The notes under the pieces: model-generated | What the model was told of the DNA's origin: nothing | Seen by the model: the letters and a program-made list of their open reading frames with translations, nothing else | Database searches by the model: none | From: a virus | IMG/VR virus record: IMGVR_UViG_3300025858_000008 | DNA length: 34,652 nucleotides | Reading direction: 5' to 3' (one strand) | Shown here: piece by piece, positions 6,665 through 16,247 of the stretch | How positions within the stretch are numbered: position 1 is the stretch's first letter | How the letters are laid out: each line of letters opens with the position of its first letter | Position numbers and translations under genes: made by a program

Positions 6665-7102
6665 TTAGTGCCTCTTTATGATGGGCTTGACAATGCCTTG
6701 ATAGGCAGCGCTCACGATTGGTATCATGTCCGCAGCACTGGTGATGCCAAGTTTTTTCAGGATATTAGGTTTCTCGGCTTTGGCAGTCTCGAATGCTTTG
6801 GTTGCCACGATCAGAGCCTTCCCCTCGTTGCTATACACTTGGGCATGGCTTACAGCATTGGCAGTTCCGTCAAGCTCCATAGGTTTATTGACAATACTAT
6901 TCAGCACCTGCAATGGCTTATTTTCCGCTTCCGCTGCGATAGGTGCGATAATGGCATTCAAATCACCTTCCGCAAGCATTTTCTTGATCTTCTGGTAAAG
7001 CACAATACCTGCAATGATGGCACCGGATGCAGCGCCGATAAGCGTTTGTATGTTGCCAAACATGGCAATAAGCTGGTTGATGATTTCGTTGATATTAGTC
7101 AT
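6665..7102 (-). CDS. Hypothetical protein with one hydrophobic segment
   Basis: AGGAG SD. Contains LIGAASGAIIAGIVLY. The plus-strand ORF 6650..7195 is judged a shadow of this gene. Confidence 0.5.
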   Translation of the reverse strand: MTNINEIINQLIAMFGNIQTLIGAASGAIIAGIVLYQKIKKMLAEGDLNAIIAPIAAEAENKPLQVLNSIVNKPMELDGTANAVSHAQVYSNEGKALIVATKAFETAKAEKPNILKKLGITSAADMIPIVSAAYQGIVKPIIKRH

Positions 7103-7111
7103 GATTATCTC

Positions 7112-7492
7112 CTATTTTTTCTCAAGGATTGCTCTGATATAAGCAAGTTCAGTTTCAATGCGGGCAAACCGTTCTGGGAATTTCAGGTCAAGTAAGCTGG
7201 TAAGAGTTTCTTTCAATTCCCTATAGCATTGACTATAAACATCGTTCCTGACATACGTTGCAGCATTATAGCTTTCACGTAGCGAAACAATCTCTTGTCC
7301 CCATTTCAGAGCATCGTTTATTTTGTTCATTAGTTCCATATCCGCCTGCGTCAACAGCTTTATCGATTCACGAAACTGCTCATTCATAACACTTTGCTTG
7401 GCATTGGTTTTCACTAACGCCAAGATTTGCACTGAAACGAATATCGCTACAGTAATCACCCACCCAATTACGTTTTCGATGCTGATTCCCAT
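7112..7492 (-). CDS. N-terminal TM plus coiled-coil protein
   Basis: VIGWVITVAIFVSVQILALV is followed by heptad-like helical sequence. Confidence 0.5.
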   Translation of the reverse strand: MGISIENVIGWVITVAIFVSVQILALVKTNAKQSVMNEQFRESIKLLTQADMELMNKINDALKWGQEIVSLRESYNAATYVRNDVYSQCYRELKETLTSLLDLKFPERFARIETELAYIRAILEKK

Positions 7493-7494
7493 GA

Positions 7495-7803
7495 CTATCC
7501 CTGCGGCGTGATGTTAAGCGTAGCAGCCCCCACGATAGCGATTTTGTGATTCATGGGGATAATGAAATACTCAACCTGATTAGCCCAAAGCCGGATGTGT
7601 GAAGTTGTGGCGGTGGGGCCTGTACCTGTGGTCATGTGGCAATCAGCAGAAGCGGTCAATCTGCAAATGGTGTCCTGTGTGGTGCTTATCGCCGCAGCAG
7701 TAGCAGCAGATGCACCCGTAGAGGTGAGAATAACGGGAGTCCCTCCGGTACGTAGCAAGGGAAGGGGGTTTCCGTTATCGTCAAGATGTAGAATGTTTGA
7801 CAT
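7495..7803 (-). CDS. Hypothetical small structural protein
   Basis: Codirectional and tightly packed after the fibre gene. Confidence 0.45.
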   Translation of the reverse strand: MSNILHLDDNGNPLPLLRTGGTPVILTSTGASAATAAAISTTQDTICRLTASADCHMTTGTGPTATTSHIRLWANQVEYFIIPMNHKIAIVGAATLNITPQG

Positions 7804-7804
7804 G

Positions 7805-8545
7805 CTATACTCCTATTTTCGGTAATACTTTTAAGGTTGCTACAAGTTGATATGTTTTCTCTGCTGTAAGTCCAGCAAAGGAGATTGTGTCTAATTGCTC
7901 TTGTCCATTGATAGTTTGCGCAGTATAGGAATAATGCGCCCCGGTATCCAAAATGCCCACGCTATCCCAAGTGGTGGTTTTGACTAATTGCAAAGCGATA
8001 ATTAGCGAGGTGTGATCAATTACATACGTTGAACCAGATAGTGACAGCGCACTAAGCAAATTAGCTTGGGTTATGTTCTTTGTGGTCACTCCTGCTGCCT
8101 GAGAAAACTCAATAGCAGCGGTCAAGGTTGCCTGAAATATCGTCAAGGAAGTAGCAACCAATGAGTTTAGTTGCGCCTGTATGCCAGACGTAACGCCATT
8201 CAGGTAACTAATTTCAGTAGCGTCAACCGTGCCAATAGTAGTTGTGGCTGGCAAAACGGTTGTCCCGGTTAGAGTGGCTGCTGAGATCGCAGGGGTGGCG
8301 ATTGTGGGGGTGTTGATTGTGGGTGAAGTTAGCGTTTTATTGGTGAGGGTTTGTGCTGAGTTATTATCCACAATATCACCAGCACCAGAACCTCCCACGG
8401 TTTTCCCGCCCAGGATAAACGTCTTGATAGTGCTAAGTAAAGTCTTGCGCTCCCCGTCAGATGAAGAATGATCTGCCATATAAACATAATCATCTGCTGC
8501 CAGAGTGCTAAGGGTTGGGAAGGTTTTAAGTTGTATGTTTGCCAT
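7805..8545 (-). CDS. Tail fibre protein
   Basis: Contains TLTNKTLTSPTINTPTI and EISYLNGVTSGIQAQLN, motifs recurrent in phage tail fibres. Position is also consistent. Confidence 0.6.
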   Translation of the reverse strand: MANIQLKTFPTLSTLAADDYVYMADHSSSDGERKTLLSTIKTFILGGKTVGGSGAGDIVDNNSAQTLTNKTLTSPTINTPTIATPAISAATLTGTTVLPATTTIGTVDATEISYLNGVTSGIQAQLNSLVATSLTIFQATLTAAIEFSQAAGVTTKNITQANLLSALSLSGSTYVIDHTSLIIALQLVKTTTWDSVGILDTGAHYSYTAQTINGQEQLDTISFAGLTAEKTYQLVATLKVLPKIGV

Positions 8546-9064
8546 TTATATCTCCGCCGTTAGATTATTTGAGTTTTCATCAATTACCTGATTGCCGTTT
8601 TCGTCAATAACGAAGTATTCGGCTGGATTGTCTATCAAGGTAGGCATTACCGTTAAAAGGTGTGAACCGATAAACTGCAATTCCAAGGATTGACCGATTG
8701 GGGTGTTATTCGCTAAATCTTCTATGTTAATATCAGAAACCAGCACCATACTATATGATAGGGTTGAACTCGTTGCACTATCATACTTCGGATAAATCGT
8801 AATCGCTGCACCATTCGCCATATTAAGCATCTCAATAAGCTGCTGGATTAGTGTTGCTTCGCTGCCATCTGCTGCTGATTGCCATAGCTTTATGCTTGCC
8901 ATAGCACGATAGCCTTGTAATACATTAGTTACCGCTCCTGACTTAGCAGTATAGATATTATTGACCTGCTGAAACCAGAGCTTGCCTTGCCCATTAGTGA
9001 AAGTAACTGTGGTGTCGTATTCAAACCTAACACCACCAAAGCCCCAAACGGATTTTATTGCCAT
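8546..9064 (-). CDS. Tail or baseplate-associated hypothetical protein
   Basis: ATG 9064 overlaps the upstream TAA and has an AGGAG SD. Call is from position in the tail module. Confidence 0.45.
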   Translation of the reverse strand: MAIKSVWGFGGVRFEYDTTVTFTNGQGKLWFQQVNNIYTAKSGAVTNVLQGYRAMASIKLWQSAADGSEATLIQQLIEMLNMANGAAITIYPKYDSATSSTLSYSMVLVSDINIEDLANNTPIGQSLELQFIGSHLLTVMPTLIDNPAEYFVIDENGNQVIDENSNNLTAEI

Positions 9065-10545
9065 TATTCCCACTCTCCTATACATTCCACGTCAACCAAG
9101 CCTTTGTCAGGGTAGCTAACTTTTGTTATTACGTATGTCCTGCCATCAATAACTATCTTTCCGGTTATTTGCAATGTCCCGTTATGCCGATAAACCTCTG
9201 GTGCTTGGAATGTCAGGACAACCCCAATCGTTGCAAAGCGTCTGCTAAATATGTTTTTCAGGGCGTTCATTAAGTTAGTGCCATATTTTGCAGGGCTTAG
9301 AGCAGAATCCAATTTGCTCAAATCCGCTAAGATGCCGGTACGTTTCTGATTTATGATATAGTCATTACTGAGTGCCGTTCCGCCTGTGAAGTCTAAAGTA
9401 TCGGATAGCATGCTGTTAATAATGAACCTCTGCCCATCTGAAGTATATCCCATGCCAAGAGCATTAGCTGTAAATAAAGCATAAGCAAGGTCAGCATAGC
9501 TATGTTTGCCATCTGTTATCTGTAATATTTTGACGTTGTAAGGACATGTGATGTAAATCCGATCTCCGCTAATGGCAACACCATATTGATCACCGTTGAC
9601 GGTTCTGCTTGCGCCATAGGAATCAACCACCTCGACATGGCCATTAGTAACATATACATTGGCAAGGTAGCCCGGAGAGGAGATAAGCGTTTCCAGATAT
9701 CCCGCCAACCTTGCAGCCGTTGTTTGTACCATTTCAATATAGCCCACGAACTTGGGCTGTAATAGGGGAGTTTCGTCAAACGTAACCTTTAATACCCTAT
9801 AGCAGAATTGACCGGATGCCTCGAATATGTGAACGAAATCACAGTGGAAGATATTGAAATCAGTGTCGTATTGCACCACCCTATATTTTGCTTCGTAATT
9901 GGCATTGAATAAAGCGCCGTTAAGCATCGGAACCCAAGAACTAAAGTCGTTGTTGTATCCTTCAATGTCCATAGGCAGGTCTTGAACTGTCTCGCTTGTG
10001 TTGTAAGTTTCTGTATAGCTTGGGATTACATTACTCATGCCCTTTAGCAGGTATTGGGTGGGCATATAAAGCAAAGTCAACAATGAAATGTCTCCCTCAA
10101 TAAGCCCACAAGTTGAACCGCCTTCTTTGGTGGTGTAGTAATACTTCTTTGCCTGGGTTATCCAGATATCAATAGAATCACGCAAGCGTAAGGTTACTGT
10201 TCGCTTATCGTAATCGTGGTCAATATCCTGAATCTGAACAGCACCACGGAAAAGAATAATGTTAGTTTCGGTGTCCACAATATCAACAATGGCATCAAGA
10301 TATTCAGGATAGATTGTGCATATACTTTTAGTTTGCAGCCAAGCCTGTGTCTGTTCTTCCCAAAGCGTGGTAACGGTTGCCATGCGTCCCCGGATAGCGA
10401 AAGCCTCATCCTGCAGGTAAACATCATCATCAATCTTATAGTCAAGGATTTTAGCTGTTTCAATGCTGAATAATAGCGGTGCTGCCTGTGGAGCGGTGGC
10501 TGCCAAAGGGGTGTAGATGTCAAGACGAACCGAATCGTATAACAT
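9064..10545 (-). CDS. Tail tip / distal tail structural protein (by position)
   Basis: 493-aa ORF immediately downstream of the tape measure gene, overlapping it by one base. Confidence 0.45.
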   Translation of the reverse strand: MLYDSVRLDIYTPLAATAPQAAPLLFSIETAKILDYKIDDDVYLQDEAFAIRGRMATVTTLWEEQTQAWLQTKSICTIYPEYLDAIVDIVDTETNIILFRGAVQIQDIDHDYDKRTVTLRLRDSIDIWITQAKKYYYTTKEGGSTCGLIEGDISLLTLLYMPTQYLLKGMSNVIPSYTETYNTSETVQDLPMDIEGYNNDFSSWVPMLNGALFNANYEAKYRVVQYDTDFNIFHCDFVHIFEASGQFCYRVLKVTFDETPLLQPKFVGYIEMVQTTAARLAGYLETLISSPGYLANVYVTNGHVEVVDSYGASRTVNGDQYGVAISGDRIYITCPYNVKILQITDGKHSYADLAYALFTANALGMGYTSDGQRFIINSMLSDTLDFTGGTALSNDYIINQKRTGILADLSKLDSALSPAKYGTNLMNALKNIFSRRFATIGVVLTFQAPEVYRHNGTLQITGKIVIDGRTYVITKVSYPDKGLVDVECIGEWE

Positions 10546-12737
10546 TAAGCGCCCGATCCCATGTAGTTCAATCTGGTTTCAACACGTTTTAGAGCATTGC
10601 GTAAGGGTACGCCATCCATTGTCAAGTTGAATGTGGGGTTCTGATTGGCTGCCAAGTCTGAACGCAAGCCGTTGATCGCAGTTATCAGTTCAAAGTTTGT
10701 ATTTCCACCCGTAGGGATACTTGGCATTGATGGGGTAATACTGGCAATTGGCATGCTCGGTATGTCAGCAGCACCAGGCGCACCGATAACTGCTGAACCA
10801 ATCCCAAGAACACCAAAGCCTAAACCAAGCAGTTTTTGAAGGGATATAGTAGTAAGCATTTTAGTGATAATCTCAGCCATTGCTCTAAGTGCGATCTGCT
10901 CCATAGCTGCCCAAGCATTAGCCCAAACGTTCTTAAGAGAATTCGTTCCTGAGATAAGATCGTAAATGGAGTTCTCAAGCAGATTAAGCCCTGAGTTCTG
11001 CATTTCGTTGGCTGCGTTGACTGCATATTCGGTCATCTTTTCCCAATCGGTTTTTGCAATTTCAGGAAGCTGCGCATTGACCTCTTTGAAGTGAGCAAGC
11101 TGTGCGTCCCGTAGCTCCCAGAGCTTAGCATTATACATTTCATCAATCTGTTGCATTGACAGGATAGTGCCATATTGCTGCTCTAATTGGTGCTTGTATT
11201 GATTCGCCTGTGCCTGAATTGCCTCGTTGGAATACTGATCAAGGGTAGTGTAATACGCAGCCCAAGCAGAAAGCATTTCACCTTGCATGTCCCGTAAACG
11301 CTCAACGGCCTTAGCTTGGTTAGCGTCAATCTTGGCATTAATTGCACCCGCATCATCAGCAGCGGTTAGGTCAGCGCCACCTGCAAAGGGGTTCTTGCCT
11401 TCTTTCACCATCTTGCGCTGCGCATCATAAAAGCCCTGTAGTGAGTTTGTGGCAGAACTATATCCTTGGCCGGCTTTGTCAACGGCTGCGGTTATCCGGT
11501 TAATGCCTTCGGTAATGGTGAAAGTCATATCGTTGACATCAGCCCAGACATCCTTGAAATCAGTGCCCTTGCTGATGTTTGCTTTCATTGTTTCAAGCTG
11601 AGATACAATTTTGTCATTGACCTTTGTGAAATCCACGCTTAAACCAAGCTTATTTGTGATAGCTTCCAAGCCTTGACTAATCAGAGCGAAGGGGTTATTT
11701 TTCTGCATAAAGATTGATAAGTCCAGCCATAGTGTCTTTATCCCGTTTATCATGGCTGCAAAGGTATCCTTAATGAATTTCCCATAATTATAGACAGTTA
11801 ATGACAAGGTAGCCAATCCCGTTCCGATAACCTTGAACACGGTCGGCACTAAGTTCATAATGAATGCAGTGGTGTCTCCCCATTGCTGCTGAACGGAAAG
11901 TACATCTGTTAGTTGCTGCTGGGTCATGTTTTTGCTATCGGCTGCAATCCCGTAAAAGAATGTTGCCATGCCCATCTTGACACCTTCAAGCACCGATGCT
12001 GAACCACCTATCGCTTGCAGGTATTCGCCCCAGGCGTTCTTTAGCTGTGCAGAAGCAGTAACCCCCGCCAGAGCAAGACCGCCATACTTGGATTCCAAAG
12101 CATCTAAAAGCAGAGCTTGCGCTCCGGCTTTATCCCCGGTTTCCACTAACGCCTTAATCGTTTCCTGTTGTGATTCGGTAAACATGACACCAGCCCTGCG
12201 CAGTCTGGTCATTCCAAGCACAGGGTCAGACAAAGCAACGCCAAGATTACGAACTGCACCCTCAAGCCCACCCATTGAACCAGCCATGTCAACGGCAAGC
12301 TGCTGAACTCGTGGAAACATCTCTTTGCTTATGCTGTCGAAGCGCAGCAATGAGACAGTTGCACCCTTTAGGATTTCCTCATCACCGAAGTTGGACACCC
12401 GCTGCAAAGCATCAGCCATATTGCCAAGCTCGGTCGAGTTGAACTCAGCAGCCCTGCCTGTGCTGTTTAGAGTAGCATTGACCTCTTTTATCGCAGTAAC
12501 GCCATCGCTGTATTCTCGAACCGCAGAACTGGCAAGGTTGATAGCAGTTCTCATGGATAGATAGGCAGCAGCAGCAGTAATCGCACCGCCTATCATGCCC
12601 TTCATGAAGTCCCCGCCCATTGCCAGCTTATTCTTGGAAGTTTCAATCTTGTTGATACTTTGGTTGACGCTATCAAGCTGTCTGGTTACGGTTGCTGTGC
12701 CGTCTGCCTTGACGATTATCTTAAGTTCTTGCTGCAT
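10545..12737 (-). CDS. Tail tape measure protein
   Basis: 730 aa, Ala/Gly-rich and helical with hydrophobic stretches. It follows the G/GT chaperone pair. Confidence 0.85.
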   Translation of the reverse strand: MQQELKIIVKADGTATVTRQLDSVNQSINKIETSKNKLAMGGDFMKGMIGGAITAAAAYLSMRTAINLASSAVREYSDGVTAIKEVNATLNSTGRAAEFNSTELGNMADALQRVSNFGDEEILKGATVSLLRFDSISKEMFPRVQQLAVDMAGSMGGLEGAVRNLGVALSDPVLGMTRLRRAGVMFTESQQETIKALVETGDKAGAQALLLDALESKYGGLALAGVTASAQLKNAWGEYLQAIGGSASVLEGVKMGMATFFYGIAADSKNMTQQQLTDVLSVQQQWGDTTAFIMNLVPTVFKVIGTGLATLSLTVYNYGKFIKDTFAAMINGIKTLWLDLSIFMQKNNPFALISQGLEAITNKLGLSVDFTKVNDKIVSQLETMKANISKGTDFKDVWADVNDMTFTITEGINRITAAVDKAGQGYSSATNSLQGFYDAQRKMVKEGKNPFAGGADLTAADDAGAINAKIDANQAKAVERLRDMQGEMLSAWAAYYTTLDQYSNEAIQAQANQYKHQLEQQYGTILSMQQIDEMYNAKLWELRDAQLAHFKEVNAQLPEIAKTDWEKMTEYAVNAANEMQNSGLNLLENSIYDLISGTNSLKNVWANAWAAMEQIALRAMAEIITKMLTTISLQKLLGLGFGVLGIGSAVIGAPGAADIPSMPIASITPSMPSIPTGGNTNFELITAINGLRSDLAANQNPTFNLTMDGVPLRNALKRVETRLNYMGSGA

Positions 12738-13063
12738 TATCGTTTCGCCCTTGCTTTAGTGATTTCTGCTTGCTGTTTTTCATTGCGTATTCGGATCATT
12801 TCCGAACGCCCAGCGGTAAACATTGACATAAACCAATGCGGTTGCAGCTCCCATGAACCTGGCAGCGGGTAGAGATTAACCCCTGCGTCAAACTCATACA
12901 GATAGCGAAGGACAAAGGCAGAGCGTTCTGTAATTTTTGCGCCCTTATGATCGCAGTCATTTTCAAGCTCACAGAACCGGCAGAACTGATATTCGCCTGC
13001 CGGTGTCTGCAAAACTTGTTCTGCAAAGCGCCCTTGCTGTTCTAAGAATTGCACCGCTTGCAT
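12737..13063 (-). CDS. Tail assembly chaperone, T-like part, expressed as a G-T fusion by -1 frameshift
   Basis: In the -1 frame relative to 13063..13452. The slippery site lies immediately upstream. Confidence 0.7.
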   Translation of the reverse strand: MQAVQFLEQQGRFAEQVLQTPAGEYQFCRFCELENDCDHKGAKITERSAFVLRYLYEFDAGVNLYPLPGSWELQPHWFMSMFTAGRSEMIRIRNEKQQAEITKARAKR

Positions 13064-13452
13064 TAGTTTTTTACATCAGATTCCAGATTGAGGTCGTTAG
13101 TGCCTTCGTGGGTTTTGATCGCCTCTACCAATGCAGAGCGTACATCTTTAGGCATCAGTTCAGCATTAGCCACGGTGATAGGCTCATCCAGATTCCAGCT
13201 ATCAAGTGCATTCATAATCAGAGCAGTAAAGTAAAGCTCCATATTGCTCTCGATCTCCGGCTCCGGCTTGCCTTCGTTGCTCATTTTCACAATCATAAAG
13301 GAAGCCTGAACCGCTCCCCTCTGCCTTGCGTTCATGGTATGCAGTCCGAACTCCCAAACAGCACCATTCGTATCTGTGAACTCGAACCGGTAATTGAAAT
13401 CGGTTCTGGCACTGATCAAGCTCGGTTTGCAGGTTGTGATCTTCTCTCCCAT
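13063..13452 (-). CDS. Tail assembly chaperone (G-like)
   Basis: Lies between the major tail and tape measure genes. Ends in gtA AAA AAC TAA. Confidence 0.7.
   Translation of the reverse strand: MGEKITTCKPSLISARTDFNYRFEFTDTNGAVWEFGLHTMNARQRGAVQASFMIVKMSNEGKPEPEIESNMELYFTALIMNALDSWNLDEPITVANAELMPKDVRSALVEAIKTHEGTNDLNLESDVKN
13066..13072 (-). promoter_or_regulatory. -1 programmed ribosomal frameshift slippery heptamer A_AAA_AAC
   Basis: The minus-strand sequence is gat gtA AAA AAC taa tgc. A -1 slip reads AAA AAA CTA ATG CAA, in frame with ORF 12737..13063. Confidence 0.7.
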
Positions 13453-13465
13453 TCCTCTCTCCTTG

Positions 13466-14416
13466 TTATAGTGCGGTTACTGTGATGGTTACAGGGACGG
13501 TAGTGTCTGTATCTGTGCATAGGTCAAATGTTTCATTAGTAACAAAGAGTCCACGATCTGCATCGGGGCGCTGTAGGTCTGTCAAATCTCCACCAATTGC
13601 AATTGCCCACGTTTTTTGTGGGTTTACTAACGTAATAGTATTCAAGAAGGAATTAGCCTCTTGTTTATTTGTATATACGTCAACTGCAGGATCATTCAAT
13701 GTTGACATTTGCAGCGTGCCACCCACTTGATTGTAATAGTCATTTGCTTTGGTGCGCGAGTTCATAAAACGCTGGCTATTATCCACCATCGTCTTGCGCA
13801 GTTCCAGATTGAAACTGAGCAGGGTAGTCTTACTGGTGTGAGTGGTGCAAGTAACATCCCCAAACAAGAAGGGAGTGCCATTAACTACTGTGCCGTTGGT
13901 GAGGGTTAGCGCAGTTCCTGCTGAGTTTGCCTGTTGCTGCAAATAATCAGTTCCCTCAATTGTGGCCGTGTATTGAATAACGCCATTAGCTTCGCCTGAG
14001 ATCACCAGCGGATTTATGATTGCGCCCAGAATAACATCATAATGAGTAACCGCTCCGGCACTGTCCAGATATAGCTGATAGATATTATAGCTAAGCGTAG
14101 TAGGTAGCGCAGCAGCATACAGATATGGTGATGTAGCATCGTCAAAATGCGCTTGCAAGAGGATTTCATGGCCATCGGTCAATTCGCCTGAGAGCGTGCC
14201 AGTTACGAGCTTGCCTGTGATCCTAGTGCGTTCGGCTGCTTTGTAAAGTGAGTTCTCTTTTTTAGCCAGTTCCACAGTGATAGGTGCGTAGTTCCATTCG
14301 AGTTTATCAGCAAAGAACACAGCGCCGCCCGCCGTGGTCAGGGTTTTGTTGATTGCGCCATAACTGGATTCTTTGACTATGCAGATTTTATAATTGTTTG
14401 CGTTACGAGTTGCCAT
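13466..14416 (-). CDS. Major tail protein
   Basis: 316-aa ORF directly upstream of the chaperone pair. No sheath gene is present. Confidence 0.65.
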   Translation of the reverse strand: MATRNANNYKICIVKESSYGAINKTLTTAGGAVFFADKLEWNYAPITVELAKKENSLYKAAERTRITGKLVTGTLSGELTDGHEILLQAHFDDATSPYLYAAALPTTLSYNIYQLYLDSAGAVTHYDVILGAIINPLVISGEANGVIQYTATIEGTDYLQQQANSAGTALTLTNGTVVNGTPFLFGDVTCTTHTSKTTLLSFNLELRKTMVDNSQRFMNSRTKANDYYNQVGGTLQMSTLNDPAVDVYTNKQEANSFLNTITLVNPQKTWAIAIGGDLTDLQRPDADRGLFVTNETFDLCTDTDTTVPVTITVTAL

Positions 14417-14570
14417 TGTCTGTTACCTCGATTTTGGTTTTCTTTTCGTTAATGACTTCAAACTTGCCTTTGAACTTTTCCAGCTCTTTGGCAGATAAAT
14501 CATATTCTTGACCGGGAATGAATTTGTGATCTGCATCCCGGTATAGCTTGCCAATATATTTCGCTTTCAT
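14403..14570 (-). CDS. Small hypothetical protein (55 aa), absent from the ORF track
   Basis: AAGGAG SD 7 nt before ATG 14570. Sequence is MKAKYIGKLYRDADHKFIPGQEYDL... It overlaps the start of the major tail gene. Confidence 0.5.
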   Translation of the reverse strand: MKAKYIGKLYRDADHKFIPGQEYDLSAKELEKFKGKFEVINEKKTKIEVTDNGNS

Positions 14571-14574
14571 GGCT

Positions 14575-15024
14575 TTAGCTCCTTGTGTCTTTTATTTGCA
14601 TATTAAAAGTAATTACTCGCGCTGTAATTTCGCCTTGATAGCCTGAGCTGGTGTCGAGTAAAACGTCCTGATTATCCCCCTTGCTTACTCTGTGGCCTGT
14701 GATATTATGAGCAAGACCACCTAAAGAGAGATCGGTAATGACCGCAGTAATGATCTTGTTTTCTAAATCTAAAACATTGGCTATGCGGGTAGTCCCTGGG
14801 ATTAGTTCAACGTGCAGGATAACATCAACGGCATAATCGTAAATGACCTCTTGCCCTACATTATAGTTCGGTGCGTCCTCATCTCCATCACGCACAATAA
14901 CAGCGGGGAAGCGTTGCCCCGTGTTCCAGATAGCCTCTGGATAAAGACCAGCAAAGTTGATTCCTGAAATGGCTTTGCATATCCTGACCACTTCATTCAG
15001 TACAAGTATCTGCTTGTTTGTCAT
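14575..15024 (-). CDS. Head-tail joining / tail completion protein (by position)
   Basis: Codirectional, with an ATGA-type overlap with its neighbour. Confidence 0.4.
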   Translation of the reverse strand: MTNKQILVLNEVVRICKAISGINFAGLYPEAIWNTGQRFPAVIVRDGDEDAPNYNVGQEVIYDYAVDVILHVELIPGTTRIANVLDLENKIITAVITDLSLGGLAHNITGHRVSKGDNQDVLLDTSSGYQGEITARVITFNMQIKDTRS

Positions 15025-15467
15025 TTGTAAAACCTCGCTACCTTGTCAGGATTCATGTACTGCTTGTAAAGAGCAGATTCGACAGCAGAACTAACCCCAA
15101 AGAACTTACGCTTAGGCATCCTCCCCGCCCCCGTGTGATGCGTCCATGCACGGATAGCCAATTCCTTATCGGGAAAGTAAATCTCATAACCTTCCTTGAT
15201 TTTAGAAACGCTCATTGACCGGAGCATAGTTCCCGTGAGCATCAGGTTGACAAGATTGGCTCTTGCTATGCGTGCGGCGGATATATCCCGCTTGCCCCGT
15301 TGATAATCAAGCTTTTCTTTTGCATAAGATTTTGAATAAGCTTTGAACTTGTTGCCATCCATATCTGAGCCCTTTGCCGTGGTGTCTCTTATCACCTTGC
15401 GCACAGCCAGAGCAATGTCATTAAGAGCTTTGTCCAGAGCTTTTTTGTCAATTCCCATTTTAATCAT
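15021..15467 (-). CDS. Virion morphogenesis / tail completion protein (gpS, Mu G or HK97 gp10-like)
   Basis: LTGTMLRSM...HHTGAGRMPKRKFFGVS resembles the conserved core of that family. Confidence 0.5.
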   Translation of the reverse strand: MIKMGIDKKALDKALNDIALAVRKVIRDTTAKGSDMDGNKFKAYSKSYAKEKLDYQRGKRDISAARIARANLVNLMLTGTMLRSMSVSKIKEGYEIYFPDKELAIRAWTHHTGAGRMPKRKFFGVSSAVESALYKQYMNPDKVARFYK

Positions 15468-16162
15468 CTGGTTATGCGCCCCATGCTGGTCTCAAACAGA
15501 TAGCCATAATCGCCAAAGTCAAGGCTCTTGAACGCCTGAGCAAAAGCCTCATCATATTTAGCACGGTAAAAGTCTATCTTAGTGCTGATAGCTTCCGTGT
15601 TCCCCACCTTGCCAAGCAGGTCTGTAAATATCAATTCCAAGCTCTTATAATCGGAAGCAATGCCAAGCATTTGCGGGTTCTCAATCTCCGCCATAATGCT
15701 TGCGATATCATCTTGGCCGGCATATGATGAAAGCGCCAGATATATGGCATTGTAAATCATCTCATTAGCCAAGTCAATCTTAGGCTGCCAATCGGCCACA
15801 AGTTCCGCATCTGTCCAAGTTGGTGCGCTGGCCAGAGCCAAAGTATAGTCTCCGCCTGCTGAAGTAACGACAGATCCCGTGCCTTCCAAAAGTGAAAAGT
15901 AATCATTTTCAGATGCACAGATGAAGCGCACATACTCACCTAAAGGCAAAGCCCAAGTTGTTGCACCTTTTGCAAGAGCTACTGTCGAGCCTGAGGATGT
16001 TATGGCAGTAATGGCGGTAATGGTGTCGGGATTGGCTTTCATTTGCACGGTTGCAGCTACGGATAACGCCTTGCGGGTGTATCGTTGTGCCAAGTTATTG
16101 ATCTCGGCTTCGTGCCGTGCAATGCTGGCCAATGTCGATAGTGAGTAGCTAATGCTTCCCAT
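15464..16162 (-). CDS. Head-tail connector / head completion protein (by position)
   Basis: First gene after the capsid-block terminator. Confidence 0.4.
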   Translation of the reverse strand: MGSISYSLSTLASIARHEAEINNLAQRYTRKALSVAATVQMKANPDTITAITAITSSGSTVALAKGATTWALPLGEYVRFICASENDYFSLLEGTGSVVTSAGGDYTLALASAPTWTDAELVADWQPKIDLANEMIYNAIYLALSSYAGQDDIASIMAEIENPQMLGIASDYKSLELIFTDLLGKVGNTEAISTKIDFYRAKYDEAFAQAFKSLDFGDYGYLFETSMGRITR

Positions 16163-16202
16163 TGCTGCCTCTGTTGTCGTTTATTGTTATCATTCTAAAA
16201 GC

Positions 16203-16234
16203 GGGGGCGGGTCAAAGGAGGTAAGCCCGCCCCC
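16203..16234 (-). terminator. GC-rich hairpin within the late operon, a probable partial terminator after the capsid genes
   Basis: Perfect 9-bp stem gggggcggg/cccgccccc with a 14-nt loop. On the minus strand it is followed by gctttta. Confidence 0.55.
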
Positions 16235-16247
16235 TTTATCCAGAGGT

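Noticed and set aside
6650-7195. Long plus-strand ORF (181 aa). Similar antisense ORFs occur at 12937..13485 (+), 4530..4931 (+), 3179..3634 (-), 16760..17155 (+), 26594..26890 (-), 30345..30680 (-), 31775..32242 (-) and 33931..34239 (-), plus many 60-110 aa ORFs nested in structural genes.
   Set aside because: Each lies antisense to, or out of frame within, a better-supported gene that has an SD site, tight coupling to its neighbours and recognisable motifs. Their translations are low-complexity or Cys/Arg-rich, typical of shadow ORFs, and none has a convincing SD.
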